From Bacilli bacterium (GTDB lineage Bacteria; Bacillota_I; Bacilli_A; RFN20; CAG-826): a DNA stretch of 62,056 nt. The first letter of the stretch is position 1, and each line of letters starts with the position of its first letter. The stretch is taken from NCBI GenBank assembly GCA_017635565.1, contig JAGBLE010000013.1, positions 1 to 62,056 on the forward strand. Direction: 5' to 3'. Under the pieces are notes generated by a model. That model was not told the origin of the DNA. It saw only the letters and a program-made list of their open reading frames with translations, and ran no database searches. Both the position numbers and the translations under genes were made by a program. Positions 40,542 to 49,880 of the stretch are shown in pieces.

Positions 40542-42236
40542 ATGGATTTTAAAATGGTTAAAATTAGTGACGAAACAAATATAAATCGAATAGAACACAA
40601 GAGTAAAAAGAATATGGCGTTAGGCGCCATAATCGGTTATCTTGCCATTTTAGTGAGCATCGTTCATGGTGTTGTTTTAACTCCAATTGTTACGATGTAT
40701 GTTGGAATTGATAACTATGGACTATACGGAATTGCCACCACCATCATTGCTCTTTTCTTATTAGATTTAGGTTTAGGAACTGTCACTGAAACATATTTAT
40801 CAAAATTGCGAGCGGCAGGAGACAAAGATTCTGTTCAAAGATTCTTATCCACTATTTTTAAGATTTATTTGGTCTTAACCGCAATATGTTTAATAATCGT
40901 TGGAGTTATTTATTTTTTATCTCCTTATTTATATAAAAGTTCTTATTCTCAAGAACAAATCTCCATGCTCCAGAATCTCATTTTGATTGTTGGAGGATAT
41001 GCTTTAGTTAGTTTCCCTACCAATACTTTCTCAAGCGTTATCACCGTTTATGAGAAATTTGGTTTTAATAAAACTGCTGATTTGGTTCAAAAATTAATTT
41101 ATCTCGGATTAACCATTGCCGCTGTTAAGCTTAATTGGGGTTTAATTGGTGTTACTGCTGTTAATGCTGGAAGCGGAATAGTTGCTATCATCATGAGATA
41201 TCTTTATATGAGATTATATTTAGGAGTTAAATTGGATCTCAGACTTAAATTTAAAGGCACAAGAAGCGAATTAAAATCAATTCTTGTTTTCTCTGCTTGG
41301 GGAATTGTAATTGCCTTATTAACTAGACTTGTTTTCAACATTACTCCTTCAATTTTAGGAATGGTTTCTAGTAGCGACCAAGTCACTAAATTCATGTATG
41401 TCAATACAATTGAAGGATATGTTTATATGTTTGGAGCAATGACCGCTACATTCTTCATGGCAAAAGTTGCTCGAGTTGAATCAACCGGTACTCCAGAAGA
41501 AAAACGAGAAAAATTATTAGCATTAGCCAAGAAAGTTGGAAAGCTCCAATTTGTCGTTATTGCTTTAATTATTTTTGGTTTTGCTACAGTGGGAAGAGAA
41601 TTCATTTCTTTCTGGCTTAAAGATATCTTAGTGGAAAGCCCAGACTTCTCTTCGATTTATTGGTGTATTCTCGCTGTTGTTGCTTATGAAATCGTTCATA
41701 TTCCTGAACTTCCTATTTATAATGCGATGTTGACGGAAGGTCATATTAAACCATTAGCGATTAACACAATTATTAAAGCAACAATCAATGTTGGATTATC
41801 ATTTGTTTTATCTTCATATTACGGCGCTAATGGTGCCTGTCTTGCTATTGCCATCGCTAGAGTTGCTGATCTTATATTAAACAATTTTGCGTATCGAAAA
41901 TATTTAGGAATAAACTTAGGAGAATTCTTCTCATTTGTTTATATCAAAGGAGCGATTGTCATCGCCATATCATTTGGAATTGGACTATTAACTCATTTCT
42001 TCATGCCAATTGATAATCTCCCTCTTAAATTCACCATTAATGGAGTGATATTTGTCGTTATCTTTAGTTTATCAGTCCTATATATTCTCTTCTCAAAAGA
42101 AGAAAGAAAATATTATATTAACCAAATATTAATTCTCCTACATATCAGAAAAGATGTTTCTACTGAAAAACCAAAAGAAGAAACTACTGAGGAAAGTGAA
42201 AAGAAAGAAGAAATCAAAAGTGGAGAAGAAAATTAA
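40542..42236 (+). CDS. Polysaccharide flippase (Wzx/MOP family)
   Basis: About 14 TMs; G..NYGLY, LDLG and YGANGA motifs; start may be ATG 40554. Confidence 0.85.
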   Translation: MDFKMVKISDETNINRIEHKSKKNMALGAIIGYLAILVSIVHGVVLTPIVTMYVGIDNYGLYGIATTIIALFLLDLGLGTVTETYLSKLRAAGDKDSVQRFLSTIFKIYLVLTAICLIIVGVIYFLSPYLYKSSYSQEQISMLQNLILIVGGYALVSFPTNTFSSVITVYEKFGFNKTADLVQKLIYLGLTIAAVKLNWGLIGVTAVNAGSGIVAIIMRYLYMRLYLGVKLDLRLKFKGTRSELKSILVFSAWGIVIALLTRLVFNITPSILGMVSSSDQVTKFMYVNTIEGYVYMFGAMTATFFMAKVARVESTGTPEEKREKLLALAKKVGKLQFVVIALIIFGFATVGREFISFWLKDILVESPDFSSIYWCILAVVAYEIVHIPELPIYNAMLTEGHIKPLAINTIIKATINVGLSFVLSSYYGANGACLAIAIARVADLILNNFAYRKYLGINLGEFFSFVYIKGAIVIAISFGIGLLTHFFMPIDNLPLKFTINGVIFVVIFSLSVLYILFSKEERKYYINQILILLHIRKDVSTEKPKEETTEESEKKEEIKSGEEN

Positions 42237-43320
42237 AGTTTTACAAATTGTTGGAAGTATGAATAACGGAGGGGTTGAATCTTTTGTTATGTCATATTAT
42301 CGTGAACTTCACGAATATTGTGAATTCACTTTCCTTTGCTTTGATGATTCTAAAATCATTCCTAAAGAAGAAATTGAATCTCTTGGAGGACATGTAATCA
42401 TCGTTCCATATTTAAGTCATTTCAAAGCTTTCAATTCTTCGTTAAGAAAAGTCCTTGATGAAAATAAATATGACATAATTCATTCTCACTTAAACACATT
42501 GAGTGTTTTCCCTCTTCGAATTGCCAAAAAACATAAAGAGCCAATCAGAATTGCCCATTCTCACTCCATCAGTAATAAAAAAGAATGGAAAAGACATATT
42601 GCTAAATCCATTCTTAGACTCTTTTCTAAAACTTATTCAAACGTCTATTTCTCCTGCGGAGAAGCAACTGGTCGATATCAATTTGGTAATAAAGCCTTTA
42701 ATAAAGGAAAAGTTACAATTATTAAAAACGCGATTAAGGTCGATAATTTCCGCTTTAATGAAAATATTAGAAAAGAAATTAGAGATGAATATAATCTTTC
42801 AGAAAACGACTATTTAGTGGGCACAATTGGAAGATTTGTTGAAACCAAAAATCAAAAATTCATTCTTGAACTTGCTAAAAAGAATAAAGAACTCAAATAT
42901 ATGATTGTTGGTAATGGTCCACTAGAAAAAGAATATCAAGATTATATAAAAGAAAACAATATTGATAATGTCATTATTGTTGCCACTAATGGGGATGTAA
43001 AAAAATATTATTCAGCCTTTGATACATTTATTCTTCCTTCATTTTATGAAGGATTCCCAATCACTTCTTTAGAAGCCCAAAGTAATGGATTATATATCAT
43101 TTACAACACTACTGTTCCTAAAGAAGGACTAGTAACAGGATACGGAAATTTCATTTCAATAAAAGATCAAGAATTATGGATTAAAGAATTATTAAATAAA
43201 CATCCACGTAAAACCGAACTCATTGATGTTGTTAAAGAAAAAGGATATGACATCAAAGATGCAGCGATGGACTTGTATAATAAATATCAAGAATTATTAA
43301 AAGAAGATGCTCACAAGTAG
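42220..43320 (+). CDS. Glycosyltransferase family 4 (EpsF-like)
   Basis: GSMNNGGVE, RIAHSH, IGRFVETKNQ and PSFYEGFPITSLEAQ motifs; likely start GTG 42220 (ORF track 42154). Confidence 0.88.
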   Translation: MEKKIKVLQIVGSMNNGGVESFVMSYYRELHEYCEFTFLCFDDSKIIPKEEIESLGGHVIIVPYLSHFKAFNSSLRKVLDENKYDIIHSHLNTLSVFPLRIAKKHKEPIRIAHSHSISNKKEWKRHIAKSILRLFSKTYSNVYFSCGEATGRYQFGNKAFNKGKVTIIKNAIKVDNFRFNENIRKEIRDEYNLSENDYLVGTIGRFVETKNQKFILELAKKNKELKYMIVGNGPLEKEYQDYIKENNIDNVIIVATNGDVKKYYSAFDTFILPSFYEGFPITSLEAQSNGLYIIYNTTVPKEGLVTGYGNFISIKDQELWIKELLNKHPRKTELIDVVKEKGYDIKDAAMDLYNKYQELLKEDAHK

Positions 43321-43332
43321 CATCTTTCTTTC
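43299..43332. terminator. Bidirectional terminator between convergent genes
   Basis: AAGATGCT-N7-AGCATCTT flanked by A-rich and T-rich runs. Confidence 0.55.
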
Positions 43333-45068
43333 TATTCGTTTTCCTTATATATTTCAGAGATGTGTTTGAAATCTTCAAATCTTCTAATAAATGCATCAAC
43401 CACATCAGGAGCGAATTGCTTTCCTTTTTGAGAAACAATTTCATTATATGCATCATCAATGGTCCACGCTCCCTTATAGCAGCGTTTACTGACCAAAGCG
43501 TCAAAGACATCAGCAACAGAAGTAATCTGCGCTTCTTTTGGAATTTCATCTCCAACGAGGTGATGAACATATCCATTTCCGTCATATCTTTCGTGGTGAT
43601 ATTCAGCAATAATTGCCCCTAATTGCATGATATTTCCAGGAACTCCTTTAAGGAGTTGACCACCATAAACAACGTGTTGTTGCATGATTTTATATTCTTC
43701 ATCAGTGAACCTTCCTGGTTTATGCAAAATATTTTCATCGACCATTATTTTTCCGACATCATGAAGCATTGAGGCAATTCTAATATCGTGAACTTCACTT
43801 TCATTAAAACCGAGTTCTTGAGCAAGAATCGCACTATATTCACTAACTCTTTTAACGTGATTCCCTGATTCACCAGATTTATTTGATAAGATGGTTGCAA
43901 AGTTTTCAGAAATACTATCCTGTTGAAGGATGAGTTCGTTTAAAACGTCTTGAATCTTTCCTGCCATCGTATTGAAAGATGAACTCACATCTGTAATTTC
44001 ATCATTAGCTTTTAAATCTACTCTTGTATTGTAATCTCCACCTGAGATTGATGAAGCAGCTTTAGATAAGTTTTTAATTCTTTTAATTTCAGCAGAAGAA
44101 AGTAAAAACGCGACAACTGCAGCAGCAATAACAGAAACACCAACAATAACGATTGTCAAATTTCTTCCATAACCAATTGTCGCTTTAATTGATTCATGAT
44201 TAATAAAACTAACATATTTCCAATTTTCAGAAGTAATTTCATTAACCGCCACTGTATATGAATCCGCTCGAGAAACGCCAGTAGAGAACTTAGAGACGTT
44301 ATTCAAAACTGCATTATCAACACTTTTATCTCCAGAAGAAAGATTTAAAACATTATCTCCGTTTTCATCAAAAAGAAGCATTCCTTCATTTTCATATTGA
44401 GTATCTGTAATCGCCGAGAGGAAAAGAGGACGATTGAATTCGTATTCAATATACCCCACTACTTGCATATCTAATGAGTCTTCAACGCCAAAATTAACAA
44501 GAGCTTTCCAAACAAATAACTGTTCACCAATAAAATACCAATTCGATTTTCCTGGATGTTCGATTAATTTTTGATATTTTTCTTCAGTAAATTCGACATT
44601 ACTCATCGATGTTGGTTTTAATCGATTATAGATAGGATTAGTGACAAAAGGAGAATACATTGTTGCTGATTCAATATCTGGATCACTAACAACTAAATAA
44701 TCCATGGCGCCAATTAAGGTTGAACCATCTCCAGATTGGTCTGAACCATTTAACGCTGTTTTAATTTTGCTTTCAGATTCACTTGAAGTAGAAACTGTAA
44801 CAATATTATTAGCAAAATCATGATTATATCCGATTTGATTAGCGAGTAATTTCATTGATGTTTCTGCTGATGAAATTGAGTTTTGTAACGCTAAAGTTGC
44901 GTTAGTAGAAACACTATTAAGAGTACTCGAAGCAGTGTCATAAGCAGAATTAGCAAATGTCATCAAAAGAAAAATACCTAAACTAACAACTGCAATTGCA
45001 ATTGTTACCATGGTCATAATTGATATTTTGGCCCTGATTGGGAACCTAATATTAGTTTTCTTTTTCAT
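43332..45068 (-). CDS. Membrane sensor with Cache-like extracellular domain, HAMP and HD-GYP phosphodiesterase
   Basis: Two TMs flanking about 270 aa; HAMP (GDY..DEI....FNTM); HVKRV, LHDVGK, HHERYDGNGYV and VADVFDAL..KRCYK; start ATG 45068 or TTG 45074. Confidence 0.88.
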   Translation of the reverse strand: MKKKTNIRFPIRAKISIMTMVTIAIAVVSLGIFLLMTFANSAYDTASSTLNSVSTNATLALQNSISSAETSMKLLANQIGYNHDFANNIVTVSTSSESESKIKTALNGSDQSGDGSTLIGAMDYLVVSDPDIESATMYSPFVTNPIYNRLKPTSMSNVEFTEEKYQKLIEHPGKSNWYFIGEQLFVWKALVNFGVEDSLDMQVVGYIEYEFNRPLFLSAITDTQYENEGMLLFDENGDNVLNLSSGDKSVDNAVLNNVSKFSTGVSRADSYTVAVNEITSENWKYVSFINHESIKATIGYGRNLTIVIVGVSVIAAAVVAFLLSSAEIKRIKNLSKAASSISGGDYNTRVDLKANDEITDVSSSFNTMAGKIQDVLNELILQQDSISENFATILSNKSGESGNHVKRVSEYSAILAQELGFNESEVHDIRIASMLHDVGKIMVDENILHKPGRFTDEEYKIMQQHVVYGGQLLKGVPGNIMQLGAIIAEYHHERYDGNGYVHHLVGDEIPKEAQITSVADVFDALVSKRCYKGAWTIDDAYNEIVSQKGKQFAPDVVDAFIRRFEDFKHISEIYKENE

Positions 45069-45116
45069 TTTCAATATCTATCTTACCAAATTAATAAAAA
45101 ATGTTAAAATAAGAAC

Positions 45117-46598
45117 ATGCATAAAAATAAATTATATTTATTACTTCTCCCTATTCTCTTAGTAAGTTGCGCTTCAAATAGTCAAAATAACGGTAGCGAA
45201 AAAGAAGAAATAGAAGAGAATTGTTTTATTAAAGAAGATACCACGATCGATTTTTTGTGCATGGCGGATGGAAGTTATCATAATTCGCTTCAAAAAATGA
45301 TTGACGATTTTAAAAAAATCGAACCACACGTTACAGTCCATTTATACAATCCTCAAGGTTCTGGCAACTACACGATGATTGAAAAAACCATTGTTGCTGG
45401 ATTCTTTAAGGAAGATTATCCCGATTTAGCGCAGTGTTATCCAGACAACGTTGTTAAATATATCGATAAAGGATATGCAATCAATATTGACAAATATTTG
45501 AATAATCCTGAATACGGACTAAATAATGAAGAAAAAGAAGATTATATTGAATCATTCTTGCTAGAAGGAACAAATTATTTAGTTGACGGAACTTATTCTC
45601 TTCCATTTTGTAAATCAACCGAACTCCTTTACTATAACGCGGATGCTTTAATTAATCTTGATTTGAGTTCTGTTGATTCCAGCATTAATAACGGCAACCC
45701 ACTTAACGAAGAATATCTCAATAGTTTAACTTGGGAAGAATTATTCGATAAATTATGCCCTGCAATTGTTGCATATAATAATTCTTTATCTATAGAAGAT
45801 AAAATTATGGTGGAAAGTGAAAATTCCGCTGTCTTCACTTATGATTCAGATGAAAACTTCTTCATTACTCTTGCTAACCAATATGGGTATGAATATACAA
45901 GTATTGATGAAAATGGGAAACCAAGCATTGGCTTTAATAACGATGATTTGAAGAATCTAATGAAAAAATTAAAAGTCGCCAAAGATAATAAATATCTTCA
46001 AACAAAATATACATATGAAAATTATGTTTCGTATCTCTTCCAAGGAAGAAATAGCCTATTTACTGTTTCTTCTAACGCTGGATTATCTTATAACCTACCT
46101 CAAGAAAATCAAAAGCAATTCAAAGTTGGAGTGGCTAAAATACCAAGTCCAGAAGGAAAAGAATATTCATCAATTAACCAAGGTCCATCAATTTGTATTC
46201 TTGATCACAAAGATGAAAATCGCGCTTTAACTTCTTTCTTGTTCTGGAAACATATCACAAATAAAGAAAACTCATCATCTTGGGCACTTGATACTGGATA
46301 TATGGGAATTAGAAATAGTTCTTATCAATCTGAAGCATATAATAATGCTTTAATTGTTGATGAAAATTCCTCTTTAGCAGATTTAGCGAAAGCTGCTAAC
46401 TTAGTTAAAATTTCAGAAGTCAGAACTTCAACATTTAACACTCCTATTTTTAAAGGATCAGGAACTGCAAGAACAAATGTTGGATTAATATTAAAAGATT
46501 GCTTATTAAGCACCGACTTAAATAGCGAAATCGATGAAATATTTGAAAAATATTATAACGATACTTATCAATATTTAATTAAATATAACGAGATTTAA
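45117..46598 (+). CDS. Extracellular solute-binding lipoprotein (CUT1/UgpB-like)
   Basis: Lipobox LVSC; PDLAQCYPD, YSLPFCKSTELLYYN, TWEEL, QGPS and TGYM motifs. Confidence 0.85.
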   Translation: MHKNKLYLLLLPILLVSCASNSQNNGSEKEEIEENCFIKEDTTIDFLCMADGSYHNSLQKMIDDFKKIEPHVTVHLYNPQGSGNYTMIEKTIVAGFFKEDYPDLAQCYPDNVVKYIDKGYAINIDKYLNNPEYGLNNEEKEDYIESFLLEGTNYLVDGTYSLPFCKSTELLYYNADALINLDLSSVDSSINNGNPLNEEYLNSLTWEELFDKLCPAIVAYNNSLSIEDKIMVESENSAVFTYDSDENFFITLANQYGYEYTSIDENGKPSIGFNNDDLKNLMKKLKVAKDNKYLQTKYTYENYVSYLFQGRNSLFTVSSNAGLSYNLPQENQKQFKVGVAKIPSPEGKEYSSINQGPSICILDHKDENRALTSFLFWKHITNKENSSSWALDTGYMGIRNSSYQSEAYNNALIVDENSSLADLAKAANLVKISEVRTSTFNTPIFKGSGTARTNVGLILKDCLLSTDLNSEIDEIFEKYYNDTYQYLIKYNEI

Positions 46599-46622
46599 GG
46601 TGATATACTTCACCTTATTTTT
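46596..46622 (+). terminator. Terminator after the solute-binding protein gene
   Basis: TAAGGTGA-N6-TCACCTTA followed by a T-run. Confidence 0.8.
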
Positions 46623-46664
46623 ATATGAATTTATTTCTCTTTTGTTTATAATGTTTTTCGTAAT

Positions 46665-47510
46665 ATGAAAAGCGAACTAGAAGTAGACATTTATGAACAA
46701 GCTATAACAACAAAATTTCGTCAATTATTATGGTCGAGATTTTTAAAAGCCATTCACGAATTTAAACTCATCAGTGAAGGAGACAAAATTTGCGTTTGTA
46801 TTTCTGGTGGAAAAGATTCAATGATTATGGCAAAGATGTTTATGTGCTTACAAAAATTCATGAACTTTAAATTTGAAGTGAAATATCTCGTCATGAATCC
46901 TGGTTATAATTCTCTTAATCTTGAAATGATAAAAAAGAATCTAAAAACCCTCAACATCCCCGCTGAAATACATGAAACAAACATCTTTGAAATCGCTAAT
47001 GCACAAGATAAAAGTCCTTGTTTCTTATGCGCTAAAATGAGAAGAGGAGCCTTATATAACATCGCTAAAAGTATGGGGTGTAATAAAATCGCTTTAGGCC
47101 ACCATTATGATGATGTCATTGAAACAACTTTAATGAATATGTTATCAAGTGGGTCTTTCCAAACCATGCTTCCTAAACTTCATTCCACTAATTATGAAGG
47201 AATGGAATTAATTAGACCTCTATATTACATAAGAGAAAAAGATATCATCAGATTTAGCAAAGAATTTAATCTCAATTTCATTCAATGTGCCTGTCGCTTT
47301 ACTGAGAGTTACACTCATAGTGAAGACGGAATTGGAGAAAGTAGAAGAAGATATATTAAAAATTTAATTAAGGAAATAAAAAAAGAAATTCCCGATGTCG
47401 AGAAAAATCTTTTTTCTTCCGCAAACAATGTCACATTTGACATGATTCTTGGATATAAAGTAAATAGTGTTTATCATTCATATCTTGAAAATTATGATGA
47501 TGATAAATAA
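46665..47510 (+). CDS. ttcA: tRNA 2-thiocytidine biosynthesis TtcA-family protein
   Basis: SGGKDS PP-loop, SPCFLCAKMRRG, LGHHYDD, IRPL and CACR motifs. Confidence 0.88.
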   Translation: MKSELEVDIYEQAITTKFRQLLWSRFLKAIHEFKLISEGDKICVCISGGKDSMIMAKMFMCLQKFMNFKFEVKYLVMNPGYNSLNLEMIKKNLKTLNIPAEIHETNIFEIANAQDKSPCFLCAKMRRGALYNIAKSMGCNKIALGHHYDDVIETTLMNMLSSGSFQTMLPKLHSTNYEGMELIRPLYYIREKDIIRFSKEFNLNFIQCACRFTESYTHSEDGIGESRRRYIKNLIKEIKKEIPDVEKNLFSSANNVTFDMILGYKVNSVYHSYLENYDDDK

Positions 47511-47515
47511 TTGAT

Positions 47516-49648
47516 TTACTTTTTAAAAGGGTAAACCTTTTCAAAATTGCTTGCTAATTGTAAGACCGTTTCATCTTCCATATATTTACCAATTATTTGT
47601 AATCCGATTGGAAGATGATGTTTTCCTAAGCCAATAGGAACAGAGCAAGCAGGATTTCCAACAAAATTAACAATAAAGGTCATCGCAAACCCAATTAATG
47701 GATCAATTTTTTGACCGTTAATCATTTCTGGTCCTTTTGTATTATTGTTCTTATCGTTTTTAACAGGCATACAGCAGCTAACTGGAGAAATAATTAAATC
47801 ATAATCTTTAAAGACTTCATCAAAGGCGTTTTTGATTGCTTCTTTTGCTTCACCATATTTCACTAATTTATCTTTTTCTTTGATTGCTCTTTCGTTCCAA
47901 TAAAGTAATTCTTTTGGTAAACCTTTTTCTAAATCTAATCCTTTATTTTTATATTCTAAGCATTCACTTGCAGATTCTTGAGAAATCGCAATTCCCCAAA
48001 GTTCAGATAATTCATTGTTGGTGTAGCGGATATCAAAATTTACTCGATCCACTATCGCCCCATATTTTTCTAAGGATTTAGCTTTTTTATAAACTTTCTT
48101 TTTGATTTGATTTTCCACAGGGAAAATTCCAAAATCATCAGTGTAAGCAATCTTCATTCCTTTGATTGGTTTATCTAAGAATGACAAATAATCAACATTT
48201 TCTTTTTCTTCACTAAATGGGTCGCTACTATCAAAACGTTGCATTTCATTAAGTAAAATTGCAGTGTCTTTAACTGATTTTGTTAATCCACCATTTTGAC
48301 AAAATGGGAAATAATTTGGATCAACACTACTAGCGTAATGGATTGGAACAGTTCCAGTAGATGCTTTATAGCCAAATATTCCAGTCCAACTTGCAGGAAC
48401 TCTTATCGATCCTCCAGCATCTCCTCCTTCAGCAATTGGAAGTAAACCAGCGCTTACCGCAGCGGCACTTCCTCCACTTGATCCACCGGAATTATATTTT
48501 AGGTTATATGGGTTTTTAGTTGCCCCATATCTTAAATTGTCACAAGTTCCTCTAAATCCATATGTCGGAGCGTTACATTTTCCTATCGCAATTCCGCCTA
48601 ATTTTTCCATCGCTTCACAAAATAAGGAATCACTACTATCAATCCTATCAAGAGAAGGAATTCCTCCACAGCTATTACTCCATCCTTTTTTTGAATCTAA
48701 AAAATCTTTTAAGCCAAAAGGAACTCCAGCGAAAGGTCCAACATATTCTCCATTATTAATTCTTTTTTCTAATTCAAGTGCTTTACTTTCTGCCTCATCA
48801 AATTTTGTATAAGTAAAAGCATTAATCTTTTTATTATATTTATTTATTCTTCTTTCAAAATATTGAACAACTTCTAAAGGAGTTAAGATGCGGTTATTAA
48901 CTAATTCTCCTATTTCAAAGGCTGACATCTTTTCTAATTCATAAGTTGTTTTAATATATTCTTCTCCAACACGATTATCTTTCCAATATTTTGAAACTCG
49001 ATATCCAATTGGGGTAAAGATAATCTCGCTGAATAGTTCGATAATTGCTCCTAATACTGATGCACCAAGACATTGCCAAATTGTCCAACGAACTTGAATA
49101 GCAAAAGGAATATAAGGTAAAACATAGAAAGCGAGAAAGACAAATAAGAAATTATCCACTATTTGACCTAAAAAAGTCGAAATATGGCTTCTTAAAGTAA
49201 ATGCAATTCTTCCATCAGGATTACGTTTAATCCTTTTTCCAACAAAAACATTAACGTAATTATTGGTTAAGGCGGAAATAATAAAGGCAACTGTGCTCGC
49301 TAATAAAATTGACCACGAACTAAATGCAAAGACGTCATATTTAGGATTATTTAAAGCAACGCTTACTGAAAAGAAAGCTAATCCAACAATAAGATTAATA
49401 GTGACCGCTAATATCGATAAATAATTAGCAGCTTTAGCCCCAAAGTGTTTTGTCACAACATCAAGGATCAAAAAAGAGAGCCAAGATATGCATATTCCCG
49501 CATTGATTGCTAAAAACGGAAGGGAAACGAGTTGATATTGGGCGAGAATATTCATCCCAACAATTGTTAAACAAAAAAGAATAACTACAGTTTTAGGAAC
49601 GGCCTTAAACAAAAGAGTTATTCTTTTGAAAATAGAATAATTTTTCAT
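47516..49648 (-). CDS. Fusion of a VUT/YhhQ-family queuosine-precursor transporter (about aa 1-235) and an amidase-signature enzyme (about aa 237-710)
   Basis: N-part: about six TMs with NILA, D....FG, R...ST..GQ.VDN.LF; C-part: GVPFGLKD, GGSSGGSAAA, GGDAGGSIRVPA and LPIGLQIIG. Confidence 0.85.
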   Translation of the reverse strand: MKNYSIFKRITLLFKAVPKTVVILFCLTIVGMNILAQYQLVSLPFLAINAGICISWLSFLILDVVTKHFGAKAANYLSILAVTINLIVGLAFFSVSVALNNPKYDVFAFSSWSILLASTVAFIISALTNNYVNVFVGKRIKRNPDGRIAFTLRSHISTFLGQIVDNFLFVFLAFYVLPYIPFAIQVRWTIWQCLGASVLGAIIELFSEIIFTPIGYRVSKYWKDNRVGEEYIKTTYELEKMSAFEIGELVNNRILTPLEVVQYFERRINKYNKKINAFTYTKFDEAESKALELEKRINNGEYVGPFAGVPFGLKDFLDSKKGWSNSCGGIPSLDRIDSSDSLFCEAMEKLGGIAIGKCNAPTYGFRGTCDNLRYGATKNPYNLKYNSGGSSGGSAAAVSAGLLPIAEGGDAGGSIRVPASWTGIFGYKASTGTVPIHYASSVDPNYFPFCQNGGLTKSVKDTAILLNEMQRFDSSDPFSEEKENVDYLSFLDKPIKGMKIAYTDDFGIFPVENQIKKKVYKKAKSLEKYGAIVDRVNFDIRYTNNELSELWGIAISQESASECLEYKNKGLDLEKGLPKELLYWNERAIKEKDKLVKYGEAKEAIKNAFDEVFKDYDLIISPVSCCMPVKNDKNNNTKGPEMINGQKIDPLIGFAMTFIVNFVGNPACSVPIGLGKHHLPIGLQIIGKYMEDETVLQLASNFEKVYPFKK

Positions 49649-49652
49649 AAAT

Positions 49653-49703
49653 CTCCTTGGTTTTATTTTATATAGCGAAGGATTTAGAGGCCGAACTCCG
49701 CTA
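49653..49703 (-). ncRNA. Putative preQ1 class I riboswitch (atypical, long P1)
   Basis: UAGCGGAG/CUUCGCUA stem, loop UUCG...AUC, A-rich tail ending AAAACCAAGGAG (SD); upstream of a VUT transporter. Confidence 0.7.
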
Positions 49704-49709
49704 GAGGAT

Positions 49710-49737
49710 ATTATACCCCTTTAATCAAATTAAACAA
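49710..49737 (-). promoter_or_regulatory. Sigma-A promoter of the VUT-amidase gene
   Basis: TTGTTT-16 nt-TATAAT; predicted start site falls at the 5' edge of the riboswitch stem. Confidence 0.6.
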
Positions 49738-49880
49738 CATACTTATACATTCATTTATTTATTTGGGAAAAGTAATCTACCATTTTTATTAGCTATTTTG
49801 TTACTTTTAGTAAACTGTTCAAAGGAAATAAAAAGGAGGAGCCTCTTTTAACATGGGGAAACCTGGGTAAGCTTCAACTT

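Noticed and set aside
47516-48945. Amidase domain as GatA of Glu-tRNA amidotransferase
   Set aside because: No gatB or gatC neighbours, and it has GGDAGGSIRVPA rather than GSDTGGSIRQPA; a general amidase-signature enzyme fits better.
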